The notes under the pieces: generated by a model
Told to the model about the DNA's origin: nothing
What the model saw: only the letters and a program-made list of their open reading frames with translations
Database searches by the model: none
Origin: an uncultured bacterium
GTDB taxonomy: Bacteria; Krumholzibacteriota; Krumholzibacteriia; LZORAL124-64-63
Assembly (NCBI GenBank): GCA_903859215.1
Contig: CAIOLW010000059.1
Span: forward strand, 937-64,936
Length of the DNA: 64,000 bases
Reading direction: 5' to 3'
Made by a program: the position numbers and the translations under genes
In this document: piece by piece, positions 21,376 to 29,489 of the stretch
Numbering within the stretch: the first letter of the stretch is position 1
How the letters are laid out: each line of letters begins with the position of its first letter

Positions 21376-21872
21376 GTGCGGCCCGCCTCGCGGAGGAAGT
21401 CCGCAACCTGCGCCACTGCCGCCGCCGGGTCCGCGGCCAGCGACCAGCGCGCGCCGGCGGCGCACTGGTCCAGGAACGCGGCGCCGGGATCGAAGTCCAG
21501 CAGCACCACCGGCCGGCCGAAGCGGAGCGCCAGCGCGATCTCGCTGAGCGTGCCGCCGGTGCCGCGGCAGGCGACCACGACGTCCGAAGCCAGGATGTTG
21601 ATGACGTTGCGCGCGGCGCCCATGCCGGTCGGGATCACGATGTCCAGGCCCTCGGCCGCGTCGTCGATGTCGTCGCCGTAGAGGACGCCGATGGTCAGCC
21701 CGCCCGCCTTGCGCGCGCCGGCGACCGACGCCTGCATGACGCCGCCCGGCCGGCCGCCCGACAGCAGCGCCCAGCCGTTCTCGGCGATGAGCCGGCCCAC
21801 GGCGAACGCCTGTGCGGCGGTTGCCTCGTCCGCCTCGGTGCCGCCCATCACCCCGACCACGGTCCTGCGCAT
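21372..21872 (-). CDS. TIGR00725 / LOG-like (lysine-decarboxylase-like Rossmann) family protein
   Basis: ATG 21872 (MRRTVVGVMGG). LOG-type motif GTGGTLSE. 166 aa. Confidence 0.75.
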   Translation of the reverse strand: MRRTVVGVMGGTEADEATAAQAFAVGRLIAENGWALLSGGRPGGVMQASVAGARKAGGLTIGVLYGDDIDDAAEGLDIVIPTGMGAARNVINILASDVVVACRGTGGTLSEIALALRFGRPVVLLDFDPGAAFLDQCAAGARWSLAADPAAAVAQVADFLREAGRT

Positions 21873-21993
21873 GTCGCCCTCCGCGGCGCCGAGCGGCGCC
21901 GGCCGATGGAATCCGGATCCACACAATCGGCACACGATGGCAGAACGGGCCACGGGCGGCAAGGCGGTTCAGGGCGGCGGCGGGGTACGGGAA

Positions 21994-23214
21994 TCAGGCG
22001 GGCTGCGGCACGAGCACGGACTCGAGGTGCGTGCGGCTGAAGACGATCGGGATCGTCGGCAGGTGCAGGGTGCCCTGCGGGGCGTGAGAGCCCCGGTCGA
22101 GCAGCAGCGCCGTCGGCGCAGCGACGTCGCGCAGGAACGGCATCAACTGGTCGATCTGCTGGCGCGTCAGGCACTGCGCGTCCAGGAGCACCAGCCCGAC
22201 GTCCTGGCTGCCGGGGTCCTGGTTGAAGAACGACTGCATGTCGAGGGTGCGGTGCCCCAGTTGGCCGAGCACAAGTTCGGTCCAGTCGCGCCGCTCGTCC
22301 TCGGTCGTGATCACGACGCAGACCGTGCCGCGCTCCTGCCCGGCGGCATCTTCCAGCCCGAGGCCGGGCAGCGCGATCTGCATGAACTCGGCGGTCTCGG
22401 CGATCTTGCTGCGCATGCCGTCAAGAGCCACGCGCAGGCGCGCCGGATCAGGGCAGTGCGCCGACATCAGCGAGCGCAGTTCGGACTCGGTGGGCATCGG
22501 CTCGTGGTTCCGGCCCCAGACGGTGGCCATCACGTCGGCCAGGGCCACCAGGCCGGTCAGCGGCTGCTGGCCGTCGACCGCGCGCACGTAGTCGTGGTGG
22601 TAGCGCGCGGAGTTGCTGAAGGCCTCGGGCAGCTCCCAGAACTGCATCAGGCCCTGGCCGACCTGCGCGTGGGTCATGCCGATGGCTTCCTGCTCGGCGG
22701 CCAGGCGGTCGCCGGAGCTGTCCTGGAGGATGGGTCCGTAGATGTCGGGCACCGCGGCGGCCAGCACGTAGGCGCCGATGTCGTGCATCAGCCCGGCCAG
22801 GAAGGCCTCTTCCGGGTCGATGCGCCGCTTCCCGAGCAGCGCCATGTTCTGCGCGGCGGCGCCGGTGGCCAACGCATGCGACCAGAACGAGCGCATGTCG
22901 ATGGTGGTCTCCAGCGAGCGCAGCATCTCGATCGAACCGAAGCCCATCGCCAGGTTGCGCACGCCGGTGAACCCGAGCACGACCACCGCGCGGCTGATCG
23001 TGGTCACCTCGGTGGGCAGTCCGTAGAAGGACGAGTTGACGAGCTTGAGCACCTTGCCGGCCAGCGTCTGGTCGCTTGAGAGGATGCGCGCCACATCGCC
23101 CGCCGTCGCGTCCTCGTTGCCGAGCACGGTCATGAGCTGGCGCGTCACCGCCGGCAGCGGCGGCAGGTTCCGCATGACGGACATGATGCGGGCTTTGACG
23201 CGATCGACGCTCAC
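21994..23214 (-). CDS. HDOD-domain signalling protein with C-terminal receiver-like domain
   Basis: HDOD core (LPPLPAVTRQLMTVL, AGLMHDIGAYVL, ARYHHD). GTG 23214 has GGGGGAG 8 nt upstream; the alternative is ATG 23184. The last ~110 aa show a beta-alpha pattern with LVLLD. Confidence 0.8.
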   Translation of the reverse strand: MSVDRVKARIMSVMRNLPPLPAVTRQLMTVLGNEDATAGDVARILSSDQTLAGKVLKLVNSSFYGLPTEVTTISRAVVVLGFTGVRNLAMGFGSIEMLRSLETTIDMRSFWSHALATGAAAQNMALLGKRRIDPEEAFLAGLMHDIGAYVLAAAVPDIYGPILQDSSGDRLAAEQEAIGMTHAQVGQGLMQFWELPEAFSNSARYHHDYVRAVDGQQPLTGLVALADVMATVWGRNHEPMPTESELRSLMSAHCPDPARLRVALDGMRSKIAETAEFMQIALPGLGLEDAAGQERGTVCVVITTEDERRDWTELVLGQLGHRTLDMQSFFNQDPGSQDVGLVLLDAQCLTRQQIDQLMPFLRDVAAPTALLLDRGSHAPQGTLHLPTIPIVFSRTHLESVLVPQPA

Positions 23215-23332
23215 GTGGACGGCTCCCCCGGGGACCAGACAATGCCCGGGGCCGACCGCTGGCCGGCCCCCTGTCGCCAAGGGATCGGATCGCTAAGGGT
23301 TTCCTTGAGTGATGGTTTGGCGACCGAAGCGG

Positions 23333-24547
23333 TCAGTCCGCGTCCGGATCGCGCCCGGCCCGGGCGCCCCGCCGCAGCAGGGGCCCGAAGCGGCCGGCGA
23401 CCTGGTCCAGCACCCGGTCCACCGCCTGGTTACGCTCCCGGGCAGGTTCGCCGAACAGGCTGCCCTGCGCGGGAGCGCCGTCACCGGGCTGGACGAGGTT
23501 GGCCGCCGTGACCCCGAGCAGGCGCAGCGGGCGGCGACCGCGCCCGAGGCGATGCTCGAGCAGCTCGCGCGCCGCATCGCGGAACTCGACGCCGCCGTCG
23601 GTCGCCGCCGGCAGCGTGACCGACCGCGTCAGGGTGGTGAAGTCCGGGTAGCGCGCCTTCAGGACGACAGTACGCGCGCGCAACCCGTCGCTGCGCAGGC
23701 GGCGGGCGACCTTGTCGGCCAGTTCGTCGCCGATGGCGCGCAGCTGCGCGGCGTCGGCGATGTCCTCGGCGAAGGTGATCTCGTTGCCGACCGACTTCGC
23801 CTCGTGCGTGGGCACGACGGGCCGGTCGTCGAGTCCGGCCGCCAGGGCGCGCAGGTGGTGCACATGCGGGCCGAAGCGCGCCTCCAGGGCGATCGGGTCG
23901 TGGCACAGGAGGTCGCCGATGCGCTCGACGCCGCCCTCGCGGAACTGCACCGACGCCACCTTGCCGACGCCCCACAGACGCTCGATGGGCAGTTCGGCGA
24001 TGCGGGCGCGGCCCTGCGACGGCTCGATGACGACCAGGCCGTCGGGCTTCTCGAGGTCGGAGCCAAGCTTGGCCAGGAACTTGTTCCCCGCGACCCCGAC
24101 CGACGCCGTCAGCCCCGTCTCGGCCTTGATGCGCCGCTTGATGTCGGCGGCGATGACCGGCGGCGCGCCGAGCAGGCGGCGGCAGCCGCTGACGTCCAGG
24201 AACGCCTCGTCGATGGACAGGGGCTCGACCAGCGGCGTGTAGCCGCGCAGGATCGCCATGATGGCGGCCGAGAGCTCGCAGTAGCGGTCCATGCGCGGGC
24301 GCAGGAAGACGCCGTCCGGGCACAGCTGGCGCGCGCGGCCCGCGCCCATCGCGCTGTGGACGCCGAATTTCCGCGCCTCGTAGCTGGCGGCAGCCACCAC
24401 GCCACGGCCTTCGGGCGTGCCACCGACGATGACCGGCCGGCCGCGCAGGGACGGGTCGTCCAGCACCTCGACCGACGCGTAGAACGCGTCCATGTCGACG
24501 TGCAGGACGGCGCGCGGATGGCCGCAGTCCCAGGGCGGTGGCGTCAC
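23333..24547 (-). CDS. dinB: DNA polymerase IV (Y-family)
   Basis: LHVDMDAFYASVE, SIDEAFLDV, little-finger region. I prefer GTG 24547 (GGAG 8 nt upstream). The track start TTG 24634 coincides with a -35 box. Confidence 0.9.
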   Translation of the reverse strand: MTPPPWDCGHPRAVLHVDMDAFYASVEVLDDPSLRGRPVIVGGTPEGRGVVAAASYEARKFGVHSAMGAGRARQLCPDGVFLRPRMDRYCELSAAIMAILRGYTPLVEPLSIDEAFLDVSGCRRLLGAPPVIAADIKRRIKAETGLTASVGVAGNKFLAKLGSDLEKPDGLVVIEPSQGRARIAELPIERLWGVGKVASVQFREGGVERIGDLLCHDPIALEARFGPHVHHLRALAAGLDDRPVVPTHEAKSVGNEITFAEDIADAAQLRAIGDELADKVARRLRSDGLRARTVVLKARYPDFTTLTRSVTLPAATDGGVEFRDAARELLEHRLGRGRRPLRLLGVTAANLVQPGDGAPAQGSLFGEPARERNQAVDRVLDQVAGRFGPLLRRGARAGRDPDAD

Positions 24548-24605
24548 GGCGAGGTCTCCGGGAGCTCGAGGATCCGGCCGGCGGCCGGGTGGTCGTCGCA
24601 GGGAG

Positions 24606-24634
24606 AAAATATCACGAAAACCACGGCTTTTCAA
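24606..24634 (-). promoter_or_regulatory. Candidate sigma70 promoter of dinB
   Basis: Minus strand reads TTGAAA (24634-24629), 17 nt, TATTTT (24611-24606). The spacer holds a GAAAA-N7-TTTTC dyad. Confidence 0.45.
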
Positions 24635-24684
24635 CCCCGCCGAAAAGCCGGCGCAACCTGCGCGCTCGTGTGGACGGGGCGCTG

Positions 24685-24713
24685 TTTGACAGCGCCCGCC
24701 GCAGCGCCTAACC
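24685..24713 (+). promoter_or_regulatory. Candidate sigma70 promoter of the pirin gene
   Basis: TTGACA (24685-24690), 17 nt, TAACCT (24708-24713). The -35 sits in the centre of a 9-bp-arm palindrome. Confidence 0.4.
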
Positions 24714-24789
24714 TCGTCGCCGGCGGCCCGGTGGCGCGGCGCGGGATGTCCCTGCGCGCGCCTGGCCGCCGCGAAAGGGGCCCGGGCCC

Positions 24790-25488
24790 ATGGTAACGGT
24801 GCGTCCGTCCGGCGAGCGCGGTCATGTCCACCACGGGTGGCTCGACACCCGCCACACCTTCTCGTTCGCCGACTACCACGACCCGGCCCACATGGGCTTC
24901 GGCCCGCTGCGCGTCATCAACGAGGACATCGTCGCGCCCGGCGCCGGCTTCGGCACGCACCCGCACCACGACATGGAGATCGTGACCTGGGTGCTCGAGG
25001 GCGAGCTCGAGCACCGCGACAGCCTCGGCCATGCGTCGATCATCCGCCGCGGCCTGCTCCAGCGCATGACCGCGGGCACCGGCATCGAGCACAGCGAAGC
25101 GAACGCCTCGGACAAGTTGCCCGTGCACCTGCTGCAGATCTGGATGCGCCCGGACCGCCCGGGCCACACCCCCGAATACGAACAGCGCCACATGCCGCTG
25201 CCCGAACGCTCGAACAGGCTGAAGCTGGTCGTGTCCGGGGACGGCGCCGACGGCTCGCTGCGCTGGCACCAGGACGCGCGCCTGTGGGTGGCCGAACTGG
25301 GCGCCGACGTGACGGTCGAGCATGTGCTGGCCCCGGGGCGCCGCGCCTGGATCCAGGTCACCGGCGGTCGCGTCGCGGTCAACGCTGTCGGACTGGTGGC
25401 CGGCGACGGCGCCGCCATCGAGGACGTCACGCGCATCGATCTGGCGGCCGACGGCGAGTGTGCTTTGCTTTTGTTCGACCTGCCCTGA
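24790..25488 (+). CDS. Pirin-family cupin (quercetin 2,3-dioxygenase-like)
   Basis: FGTHPHHDMEIVTWVLEGELEHRDS. 232 aa. Confidence 0.9.
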   Translation: MVTVRPSGERGHVHHGWLDTRHTFSFADYHDPAHMGFGPLRVINEDIVAPGAGFGTHPHHDMEIVTWVLEGELEHRDSLGHASIIRRGLLQRMTAGTGIEHSEANASDKLPVHLLQIWMRPDRPGHTPEYEQRHMPLPERSNRLKLVVSGDGADGSLRWHQDARLWVAELGADVTVEHVLAPGRRAWIQVTGGRVAVNAVGLVAGDGAAIEDVTRIDLAADGECALLLFDLP

Positions 25489-25537
25489 CCGCCGCCGGCG
25501 GTCTTGAACACGCAAACATGCGCGGGGAACGCTGATC

Positions 25538-26242
25538 ATGTGCGGCCGCATCGTCCTGAGTTCCGCCCCCCACGTCCTGGCCGAGGCGTTCTACCTGGAC
25601 GTGGTGCCCGAACTGGGCCCGCGCTGGAACATCGCGCCGGGACAGGACATCGCCGCAGTGTTGCCCAACCCCCACAGCCCCGGCAACCTGGTGCGCATGC
25701 TGCGCTGGGGCCTGGTGCCGCCCTGGGACCGCGGCGACGGCGGCAACCCGCAGTTGATCAACGCGCGCGCCGAGACCGTGCTGGACAAGCCCGCCTTCCG
25801 CGAGGCGTTCCGCCACCGGCGCTGCCTGGTGCCCGCCGACGGCTTCTACGAGTGGCAGAAGCGCGACGGCGGCAGCCAGCCCTTCTACTTCCGCGCCCGC
25901 GACCACCGGCCCGTGGCGCTGGCCGGGCTGTGGGAACCGCGCGAGCAGCCGGGCGACCGGCACTTCGACACCTGCGCCATCGTCACGACGACCGCCAACG
26001 CGACGCTGCGCCCGGTGCACCACCGCATGCCGGTCATCCTGCCGGCCACCGCGTGGAAGGCCTGGCTGGGCGCGGGCCCGGACGAGGCCGAGGGCCTGCT
26101 GCGCCTGCTGGTGCCGGCGCCGGTCGAGCTGCTGCTGTCGCACCCGGTCACGCGCAAGGTGGGCAATACGTCGTTCGACGGACCCGAGTGCGTGGAACCG
26201 GTCGAGGACGAACGCCGCGGCCAACTGAACCTGTTCGGCTGA
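25538..26242 (+). CDS. SOS response-associated peptidase (SRAP/YedK family; abasic-site DNA-protein crosslink)
   Basis: Starts MCGR (catalytic Cys2). RWNIAPGQ, RWGLVP, NARAET, FYEW motifs. Confidence 0.9.
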   Translation: MCGRIVLSSAPHVLAEAFYLDVVPELGPRWNIAPGQDIAAVLPNPHSPGNLVRMLRWGLVPPWDRGDGGNPQLINARAETVLDKPAFREAFRHRRCLVPADGFYEWQKRDGGSQPFYFRARDHRPVALAGLWEPREQPGDRHFDTCAIVTTTANATLRPVHHRMPVILPATAWKAWLGAGPDEAEGLLRLLVPAPVELLLSHPVTRKVGNTSFDGPECVEPVEDERRGQLNLFG

Positions 26243-26259
26243 CCAACCGAAGGACGACG

Positions 26260-26973
26260 ATGCGCAACGAATCCACTGCGAAGCCGAAGCCCGGCGGCCC
26301 GCGCCTGTTCCTCGACAGCGCCGATACCGCGACCTGGGAACGCCTGCTGCCGACGGGCATCTTCCACGGCGTGACCACCAACCCGCTGCTGCTCGAGCGC
26401 GCCGGCGTGCGCTGCGACGTGGCGACGCTCGGCGGACTCGCGCGCCGCGCCGCCGTGCTCGGCGCGCGCGAGATCCACCTGCAGGCCTGGGGCGACGACG
26501 AGGACGCACTGGTGCGCACGGGCGAGGCGCTGGCCGCCACCGCCCCGGGCGCCACGGCGGTGCTGGTGAAGGTGCCGGCCACGGTGGAAGGGTTCCGCGC
26601 CGCGGCGCGCCTGAAGGCGACCGGCTGCGCGATCACGCTGACGGCGGTGTACAACCCGGGGCAACTGCTGGCCGCCGCCGCCCTGGGCGCGGCCTACGCG
26701 GCGCCGTACCTCGGCAGGCTGGACGATGCGGGACGCGACGGCCACGCCACGATCGGGGCGATGCACGAGATCCTGAAGGGAACGGGAGCGGCGACACGGC
26801 TTCTGGTGGCCAGCCTGCGGGGCGTCGAGCCCATCACCGAACTGGCGCGGCGCGGCCTCGACACGTTCACGTTCGGGCCCGAGGTGGCCGCCGCGCTGGT
26901 CAGCGACGACCTGTCGGATGAGGCGGCAGCCGCGTTCCTGGCGGCGGCCCGGCGAGCCGGCGCCACCGGCTGA
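26260..26973 (+). CDS. Transaldolase / fructose-6-phosphate aldolase family protein
   Basis: ATG 26260 with AGGA SD. LFLDSADTATWE, GVTTNPLLL, VKVPAT, TLTAVYN. Confidence 0.85.
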   Translation: MRNESTAKPKPGGPRLFLDSADTATWERLLPTGIFHGVTTNPLLLERAGVRCDVATLGGLARRAAVLGAREIHLQAWGDDEDALVRTGEALAATAPGATAVLVKVPATVEGFRAAARLKATGCAITLTAVYNPGQLLAAAALGAAYAAPYLGRLDDAGRDGHATIGAMHEILKGTGAATRLLVASLRGVEPITELARRGLDTFTFGPEVAAALVSDDLSDEAAAAFLAAARRAGATG

Positions 26974-26995
26974 ACAGGCGACCGGCAGCGGGTCG

Positions 26996-28312
26996 TCAGC
27001 CGCGCGGCAACGCCAGGTAGTCCGCCAGCAGCCGCGCCAGCAGGCCGGGCGCCAGCTTCATCTGGTCGGGCGGCAGCACGTAGGCCAGACGCAACTGCGT
27101 GCGCCCCGGGTTGGGACTGCCGGCCGGCACGCTGTAGAACCCGGCCATCGGCGCGGTCAGCAGCGTCAGCGCGCGCCCGTCCACGTCGCAACGCCCCACG
27201 CTCGCGCACCAGCGCACGAACTCGACGCCGTCGAACGACGCCGGCACCACGTTCCTGAGGTCCACCACCGAATAGATGCTCGCGTCGGGGCTCGAGACGA
27301 TGGCCCCCGGGATGAGCGCGCGCGTGCGCGTCGTGAAGTCCTGCAGCATCGCGCCGTAGTAGGCGCGCTGGCTCGCGAACCACTCCCGCAGTTCGGCGTG
27401 CGGCACGTGGGCCATCGCCCCGAAGATGTGCTGGCCGATCGCGTTCGAACACAGGCCGGCGGTGTTCTCGGCCACCGCGCGCTGGTGGAACTCGGCGCTG
27501 TCGGTCACCAGCGCGCCGATGCGCAGCCCGCACGCGTTCCACACCTTCGACGTGGTGTCGATGCCGATGCGCCGGCCGGTGATGCCGGGCGCTTCAATCT
27601 CGCCGATCCCCCACACGCTGACCGGCGGGCCCTCGCGGTAGTAGAGTTCGCGGTAGGCCTCGTCCGACACGAACCAGGCGTCGTGTTCGGCGCAGAGCTG
27701 CGCCAGGCCCACCAAAGAGGCGTGGTCGTAGAGGTGGCCGGTCGGGTTGTCGTACGGGATGACCACGACGGCGCCGGGCTTCTCACTCGCCATCACGCGG
27801 CCGATCTCGTCCTTCGGCGGCAGGCTGAAGCGGCCATCGTCGCCCATCGCGCGCGTGATCGACACCGTGCGGCGCCCGAGGCGCTCGGCGAAGGCCTTGT
27901 AGTTGGTGTAGGCGGCGTCGATCAGCAGCAGCGGCCGCTCGCTGGAGCCGGCCGGCCCGCAGCAGCCGACGATGACCAGCTCCATCGCCTGGCTGCCGCC
28001 GTCGGTGACCTGGCTGCAGAGCCCCTCGGTGGGAAAGCCGCTCGCGGCGATCACGCTGAGGAAGGCGGCATTGGTCTCGGCCAGCCCGACGGTCGCGGTG
28101 TAGCCCACCACGCCCTTGGCGAACGGCGAACCGGCGTCGCCGAGCGTGCGCAACCGCGCCTGCATGGCCGGGTGCATCGGCAGCGACACGTTGCCGATGG
28201 CGGCGTTGAGCGCCTGGGCGCCGTCGGTGCGCGCGGCGAACTCGATCTGGGCCATGCGGATGACCGAGGGGGTGCGCGAGGCGAAATGGGCGGACAGCGT
28301 CGGGCCGGGCAT
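26996..28312 (-). CDS. Class I/II PLP-dependent aminotransferase
   Basis: ATG 28312 (MPGPTLSAHFASRTPSVIRMAQ). PYDNPTG, SDEAYREL, and lysine context TSKVWNACGLRIG. Confidence 0.85.
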   Translation of the reverse strand: MPGPTLSAHFASRTPSVIRMAQIEFAARTDGAQALNAAIGNVSLPMHPAMQARLRTLGDAGSPFAKGVVGYTATVGLAETNAAFLSVIAASGFPTEGLCSQVTDGGSQAMELVIVGCCGPAGSSERPLLLIDAAYTNYKAFAERLGRRTVSITRAMGDDGRFSLPPKDEIGRVMASEKPGAVVVIPYDNPTGHLYDHASLVGLAQLCAEHDAWFVSDEAYRELYYREGPPVSVWGIGEIEAPGITGRRIGIDTTSKVWNACGLRIGALVTDSAEFHQRAVAENTAGLCSNAIGQHIFGAMAHVPHAELREWFASQRAYYGAMLQDFTTRTRALIPGAIVSSPDASIYSVVDLRNVVPASFDGVEFVRWCASVGRCDVDGRALTLLTAPMAGFYSVPAGSPNPGRTQLRLAYVLPPDQMKLAPGLLARLLADYLALPRG

Positions 28313-28404
28313 GCTGCACCCTTCGTCGGGCGGCGCGGTGCCCCGTCTGGCGGAACGGAACCGACGCTCGCTCAAGTGGTTGGCGTGGCCGCCGGCCAGG
28401 GGGC

Positions 28405-28464
28405 GGCGACGGGAACGGCGACGGGCGCGAAGACGGGCACGAAGACGGGCACGAAGACGCGCGC
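28405..28464. repeat. Degenerate 12-bp tandem repeat, 5 units
   Basis: Units are ggcgacgggaac, ggcgacgggcgc, gaagacgggcac, gaagacgggcac, gaagacgcgcgc. Intergenic, about 95-150 nt upstream of the aminotransferase start. Confidence 0.8.
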
Positions 28465-28537
28465 GGCAGGCCACCGCCGGCCCGCGCCGTCCCGGAAATG
28501 TTGCGCCCGCCGGCGGGGCGCGCAACCGATAAACGAC

Positions 28538-28565
28538 AGGCGCCCCCCGGAAGAGGGGGGCGCCT
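28538..28565 (-). terminator. Intrinsic terminator downstream of the FKBP gene
   Basis: AGGCGCCCCCC, 6-nt loop, GGGGGGCGCCT (11-bp stem). On the minus strand it is followed by GUCGUUUAUCGGUUG. Confidence 0.6.
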
Positions 28566-28596
28566 GCACTGTCTCGTTGCGCTCAGCCAGGCCCGG

Positions 28597-29358
28597 CTAC
28601 TTGCCGGCGATCTCGACCAGTTCCACGTCGAACGCCAGCACGGAATTCGGCGGAATCGTGCCGTCGGGCGTGCCCGTGCGACCGTAGGCCAGCATGGGCG
28701 GGATGATGAGCCGCGCCTTGGTCCCGACCTTCAGGCCCTCGAAGCCGGCGTCCCAGCCGGGGATGACCTGGTTCGCGCCGAGGCGGAAGCGGATGGGCTG
28801 GCCGCGGTCCAGCGAGGAGTCGAACTTCTTGCCGAGCGCGCCGTTCTCCCACAGGTACCCGGTGTACTGGACCGCGATCTGGTCGCCGGCCGCCGCGATC
28901 GCGCCCGTGCCCTCCTGCGTGACCTGGACGTCGACCTTGACGATGTCCAGCGCCTTGACCTCGAAGAAAATGGTCGCGTTGGCGGGGACCAGGGGCGGCC
29001 GGCCGTCGGCGCCGAAAGCGTGCTCAGGCGCTACCGTCAGTTCGCGCGTGCCCCCGATCTTCATGCCGAGGACGCCCTTCTCCAGACCGGGGATCGCCAT
29101 CTTGCTGCCGATCCGGATCGTGATGGTGTCGCCGCTGGCCGACGACAACTGCTTGCCCTTGACGCCCTTGTCCAGCAACCAGCCCGTGGTGTGGACGATC
29201 ACGAAATCGCCGCTGGCCACGACCGCGCCGTTGCCGCCGACCTTGTCCACGTAAGTGAGGCCGGGCTCGATCGTCTTGACCTTGGGGCCGAAGCAGCCGG
29301 CCAACGCGACCACCAGGACCGCGGTCAACGTCGCCGCCGTCATCTTAGCTCTGGACAT
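28597..29358 (-). CDS. FKBP-type peptidyl-prolyl isomerase lipoprotein (two FKBP domains)
   Basis: Lipobox LAGC. Two copies of the FKBP core (GxxVxVHYTGxL..FDSS..P..F.LG...VIPGW..G...M..G). 253 aa. Confidence 0.9.
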   Translation of the reverse strand: MSRAKMTAATLTAVLVVALAGCFGPKVKTIEPGLTYVDKVGGNGAVVASGDFVIVHTTGWLLDKGVKGKQLSSASGDTITIRIGSKMAIPGLEKGVLGMKIGGTRELTVAPEHAFGADGRPPLVPANATIFFEVKALDIVKVDVQVTQEGTGAIAAAGDQIAVQYTGYLWENGALGKKFDSSLDRGQPIRFRLGANQVIPGWDAGFEGLKVGTKARLIIPPMLAYGRTGTPDGTIPPNSVLAFDVELVEIAGK

Positions 29359-29489
29359 GGTCTTCCTTTCCGGTCAGGTAAGGGCCCCGCAGGGCGGGGC
29401 CGGGACTTCCAACGCAATGTGACACAACGCCGACCGCGGCGCAATCCGGCAAGACCGGAACCGGGCCCGGGCCGTCCGCGGCGCGGTGC

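Noticed and set aside
24632-24634. TTG at 24634 as the dinB start codon (the track start)
   Set aside because: The TTG is part of the predicted -35 hexamer TTGAAA. It would add about 29 non-conserved residues and has no SD. GTG 24547 has GGAG at 8 nt.
24676-24696. E. coli-type LexA box, because of the CTGT...ACAG in GGGCGCTGTTTGACAGCGCCC
   Set aside because: The spacing between CTGT and ACAG is 3 nt, not 8. I kept it only as an uncharacterised palindrome.
28405-28464. CRISPR-like array
   Set aside because: The units are 12 bp and directly abutting with no spacers, and there are no cas genes. It is a simple tandem repeat.
28372-28569. 65-aa minus-strand ORF translating the tandem repeat as PVFVPVFVPVFAPVAVPVAAP
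   Set aside because: It has no SD. It spans the FKBP terminator hairpin. Its repeat-derived periodic peptide is most simply a by-product of the DNA repeat.
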